A stretch of DNA of 63,940 nucleotides, counting the filler, from Reticulomyxa filosa (taxonomy: Eukaryota > Protista > Foraminifera), in NCBI GenBank assembly GCA_000512085.1. It is 14 parts of 14 records of this genome, joined end to end, with 100 filler letters (N's around TTAATTAATTAA, not from the genome) between each part and the next. Parts side by side here need not be neighbours in the genome. Positions count along the whole stretch, not along the records: positions 60,550 to 62,036 come from ASPP01002372.1; positions 62,137 to 63,940 come from ASPP01014825.1; 12 more parts are not named here. One strand, written 5' to 3'. The notes below the pieces were generated by a model. The model was not told where the DNA came from. It did no database searches and saw only the letters and a program-made list of their open reading frames with translations. This document shows positions 60,980 through 63,940 of the stretch, one piece after another. Made by a program: the position numbers and the translations under genes. Each line of letters starts with the position of its first letter. The stretch's first letter is position 1.

Positions 60980-62626
60980 AAATAGTTTTGTGTTTGTACA
61001 AGTTCATATTTCATCAATTAAACTATGCCCAAAAAAAATGTGCTTTTATTTGAAATTTTTCACACGTCTTTCTATTGGTTTTTTTTTTGGAAAGATGTCA
61101 CTGCAAAATTTTCACCAGATGGCGCAACATCTTGCTACCACAGATGAAAGACATTTAAGCAATGTTGATACAGCAAAAATTTTACCAGAGATTACAATAA
61201 TTATGTCGTATTTAGACGCAATTACAATGGGATATAAGTTAGAAAATTTTGTGGAGGTTCAAATTATGAAACACATATATTTTTTCACTTGATTGTTAAA
61301 GCAAGTTTAAACGATCAAACCTGGACAAAGTTGATTTATTTAACAAAAAATAAATGGATATAAACACACTTTTTTTTTTTGCAAACTTTGTCTGGTGTGT
61401 TATTTTTAAGGTTTACTTTGGTTTTATTGTTTCCTCACTTTTTAAAGTGCATAATCAGTTTGATCAGTATCTATACGCATCAACTGTTAAACTAGTTTTG
61501 TACTGTTTAGGTTTCAGGGGAGTAAAAGGAAAACAAAAACCAGTTCAGCCCTTAACAAAAGTCGGCTCGTTAAATAAACCAGTAACAATGTCTCTCGTTG
61601 ATAATTTTCAATTTTTGTCTTCGCCATTTTATTCGTCGGCACCAGCAAGTCCAACTCATACAAGTATAACCATGTTTCCCTTTTCGGATTGGAACGCACA
61701 GCCATTGGAAAAAACATTGGAAGCGCAGGAGCCAAGCAATCAGTTATATTCTTTATTTGCAACAAAGCCCAACAACTGAAAAAAAGAGTATACAAATCTG
61801 TATAAATATATATAAATATATATAAATATATATATATAATATAATTGCGAATGATCATAATTGTATTGTGTATGGACACAACAAACAAGCTACTTGTATA
61901 GATATCCTTATGAATCAGATTTTGGATTGTTGCCAAACGAGCCAGTTAAAAATGTCACACAGACACAGATACATACTTTATAACTATTGAGTGAGATTGG
62001 AGGGAGGGGAGGGGGGAAAAGGGAAAAAAAAAAAAANNNNNNNNNNNNNNNNNNNNNNNNNNNNNNNNNNNNNNNNNNNNTTAATTAATTAANNNNNNNN
62101 NNNNNNNNNNNNNNNNNNNNNNNNNNNNNNNNNNNNTCACACAAAATTTTTAAAAAAAGTTACGGAATAATAGCTAACAACAAAAAAATCGATCAAATAT
62201 AATCACGTCCACGCACAAACATAGGTGTATATCCCAGAAAAGAAATAAATTGAAATAAAAAGTCTATTTTTCAAAAATTTCTTCAGCTCACCACAGTTAT
62301 AAAGGCCAGACGTTACGCAATCAATCGAAAAAAAAAAAAAGACCTTTTAATCGCAAGAATTCCTCTGTGGCAGCGTAGTGGCAATTGTTTCGATTTTGGC
62401 AGAATTTTTTTGAGCCATTTTTTTAACCAATTCCCACGTGACTCTTCGACGAGTCTGTAAAAAGAAGACAGCGACAAATATTTGAGCGTAAATCAAAGCA
62501 TATGATACAAAGAAAGAATGCATCACACCTGTTGCTCGGCTTTGGTTAAACATTTGGATTTGTGATGAGTCGAATCAGTTTCGTAGGCCTTGACGTTTGA
62601 AAGTAACGGAGAATAGTCCAGATCGT

Positions 62627-63805
62627 TCAGCGCTTCCAACGTGAATATGATGAAACTATCGAAAGGCCTCTTTTTGTTAACAGATCGCGACTGTTGATAT
62701 TCACATTGCACTTTTCATTATTATCGGTAGCGCAGTTGTCATTACTCGGCGCTGGTGGTTCACAATCGTGAAATTTGTTATCGGCATTGTCGTTGGGATT
62801 ATTGGCATGACAAAGCGTAGTGGATAGATCAACGACGGAATGATGGCAATCCTTTCCTGATTGAACCGGAAAGGGCGGGAGTTTGCCGTATGTAACGGCT
62901 CGAGTCGCCGCTTCTTCGGCATCTCTTTCGCGTGATTCCTTTTTGGTTAAGTATTGCTGCATTTTTGTCCAATACAACGCATCTTTAGCACAATACACCT
63001 TTTCTACGTCGACACTCGCCAAACGTAGCTTTTGATTGTGATGATTGCGATTGCGATAAAAAATATCCATCAATTGGGTAAAAAGGCCTTTCGGTCGAGA
63101 TCGACCAGCTGTTGCATTGTAGGCTCTTTCCACGCGGCGATGGCGCGCTCTGCGACAGGCTGCCGCGTTGATAGCATACAATTTGCCAATTGCCTCGACG
63201 CGGCAACGAGAATAGGCTTAAAGGATTCGAATTTGAATCCGTCCTGGTGATTGATTAGTACGTTAATGATATTCACGACTTCCATCACAAATATTTCTTC
63301 TTTTTGTGTCGATTGCTTCGGCCAAAACCGCAACAGTCCTCCTAATATCACCGATCCGCCTTCTCCGTCCTTTGCGACATAGTTGACACAGCATTGCGTC
63401 AATTGCTCCCAAAATTTTTTTAAACCACGAGTCTATGCAGCAAAACAAAATAGTGCACTCTTATTTGTTCAATCAAATAACAAACAAACAGCTATTTACT
63501 TTGTGCAATGGCACCAGTATATTCCGCAAAAATTTTTGCCATGTGTCTTTTACAGGTACAGTAAGTCCTGGAATAATGGCACAAATAATTTGCAGCAATT
63601 CAATGACACCATTGAAGTGGTCCATGTTTGGACAATAGATTATCCGATAAAGATAATGACAAGCCAAATCAATAATGTGTGGTCGCAATTTAAGACACCG
63701 GCCATATATTTTGTGTAGTATCATCATTACATACGACCGTTCTCGTTCGTCTTCACTTGCAAACAACTCGATGAAATTTTGTAAGAACGATCCTGGCAAG
63801 TATTT
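62627..63805 (-). CDS. PP2A regulatory subunit B' (B56 family), 3' part; frameshift near 63078
   Basis: FIELFASEDERER..MILHKIYG, HFNGVIELLQI, LVPLHK, QLTQCCVNYV.KD, GLLRFWP, KEEIF, VAERA. The C-terminal helix continues in another frame (QLMDIFYRN..HN). Confidence 0.9.
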
Positions 63806-63940
63806 CTGTTCTCCATAAAAGAGAGGCGCATAGAAATGCATAATTACATATACATAATATATATACATATAAATATATGTATATATTTATTTATATATGT
63901 ATATATATTTATTTATATATATATATATTTATATGTATAT

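Noticed and set aside
22612-62136. Recurring TTAATTAATTAA as a CRISPR-like or biological repeat
   Set aside because: It is always embedded in fixed N44 pads, so it is an assembly concatenation linker. For the same reason, gene neighbourhoods across linkers carry no meaning.
63070-63090. Programmed -1 frameshift in B56 at C TTT TTA
   Set aside because: The slippery heptamer is imperfect, no downstream structure is evident, and one missing base in a short run explains it more simply.
2182-63805. Alternative genetic code or stop-codon reassignment
   Set aside because: TAA, TAG and TGA all end genes. Interruptions in conserved domains are explained by GT-AG introns or 1-nt indels, not by in-frame stops at conserved residues.

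Overview
The window is not one locus. It is 14 draft-assembly contigs joined by an artificial linker (N44-TTAATTAATTAA-N44). Thirteen are AT-rich eukaryotic DNA, mostly carrying intron-containing genes. The gene families (WD40 proteins with a GGNGYTICSGS motif, kinesin-light-chain-type TPR, zinc finger plus Gly-rich proteins, 7TM-RGS) suggest the foraminiferan Reticulomyxa filosa or a close relative; this is inferred from recall, not a database result. One contig (27215-28268) is GC-rich bacterial DNA carrying recQ and argJ. Recognisable genes: one 7TM-RGS receptor and a truncated 7TM paralogue, a ~10 kb coiled-coil gene, an FGGY kinase, a membrane-anchored PHB-depolymerase-like esterase lacking its catalytic Ser, an MRG-domain protein, an AGTRAP-like protein, a serpin, an eIF4G-like protein, ATG9, an MFS transporter, two WD40 paralogues, a mitochondrial acetyl-CoA hydrolase/ASCT, a metallophosphoesterase, a SERGT1/HPAT-like glycosyltransferase, a divergent ADP-ribosylglycohydrolase, NMD3, a TPR protein and PP2A B56. 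Decayed LINE and Tc1 remnants are also present. The strongest unexplained pattern is that many GT-AG introns have inverted polarity: U-rich after the donor, an A-rich tract instead of a polypyrimidine tract before the AG, and mutually complementary ends, suggesting structure-assisted splicing. Many genes carry 1-nt frameshifts in homopolymer runs, most likely sequencing error. All exon boundaries were read by hand and lack RNA support.
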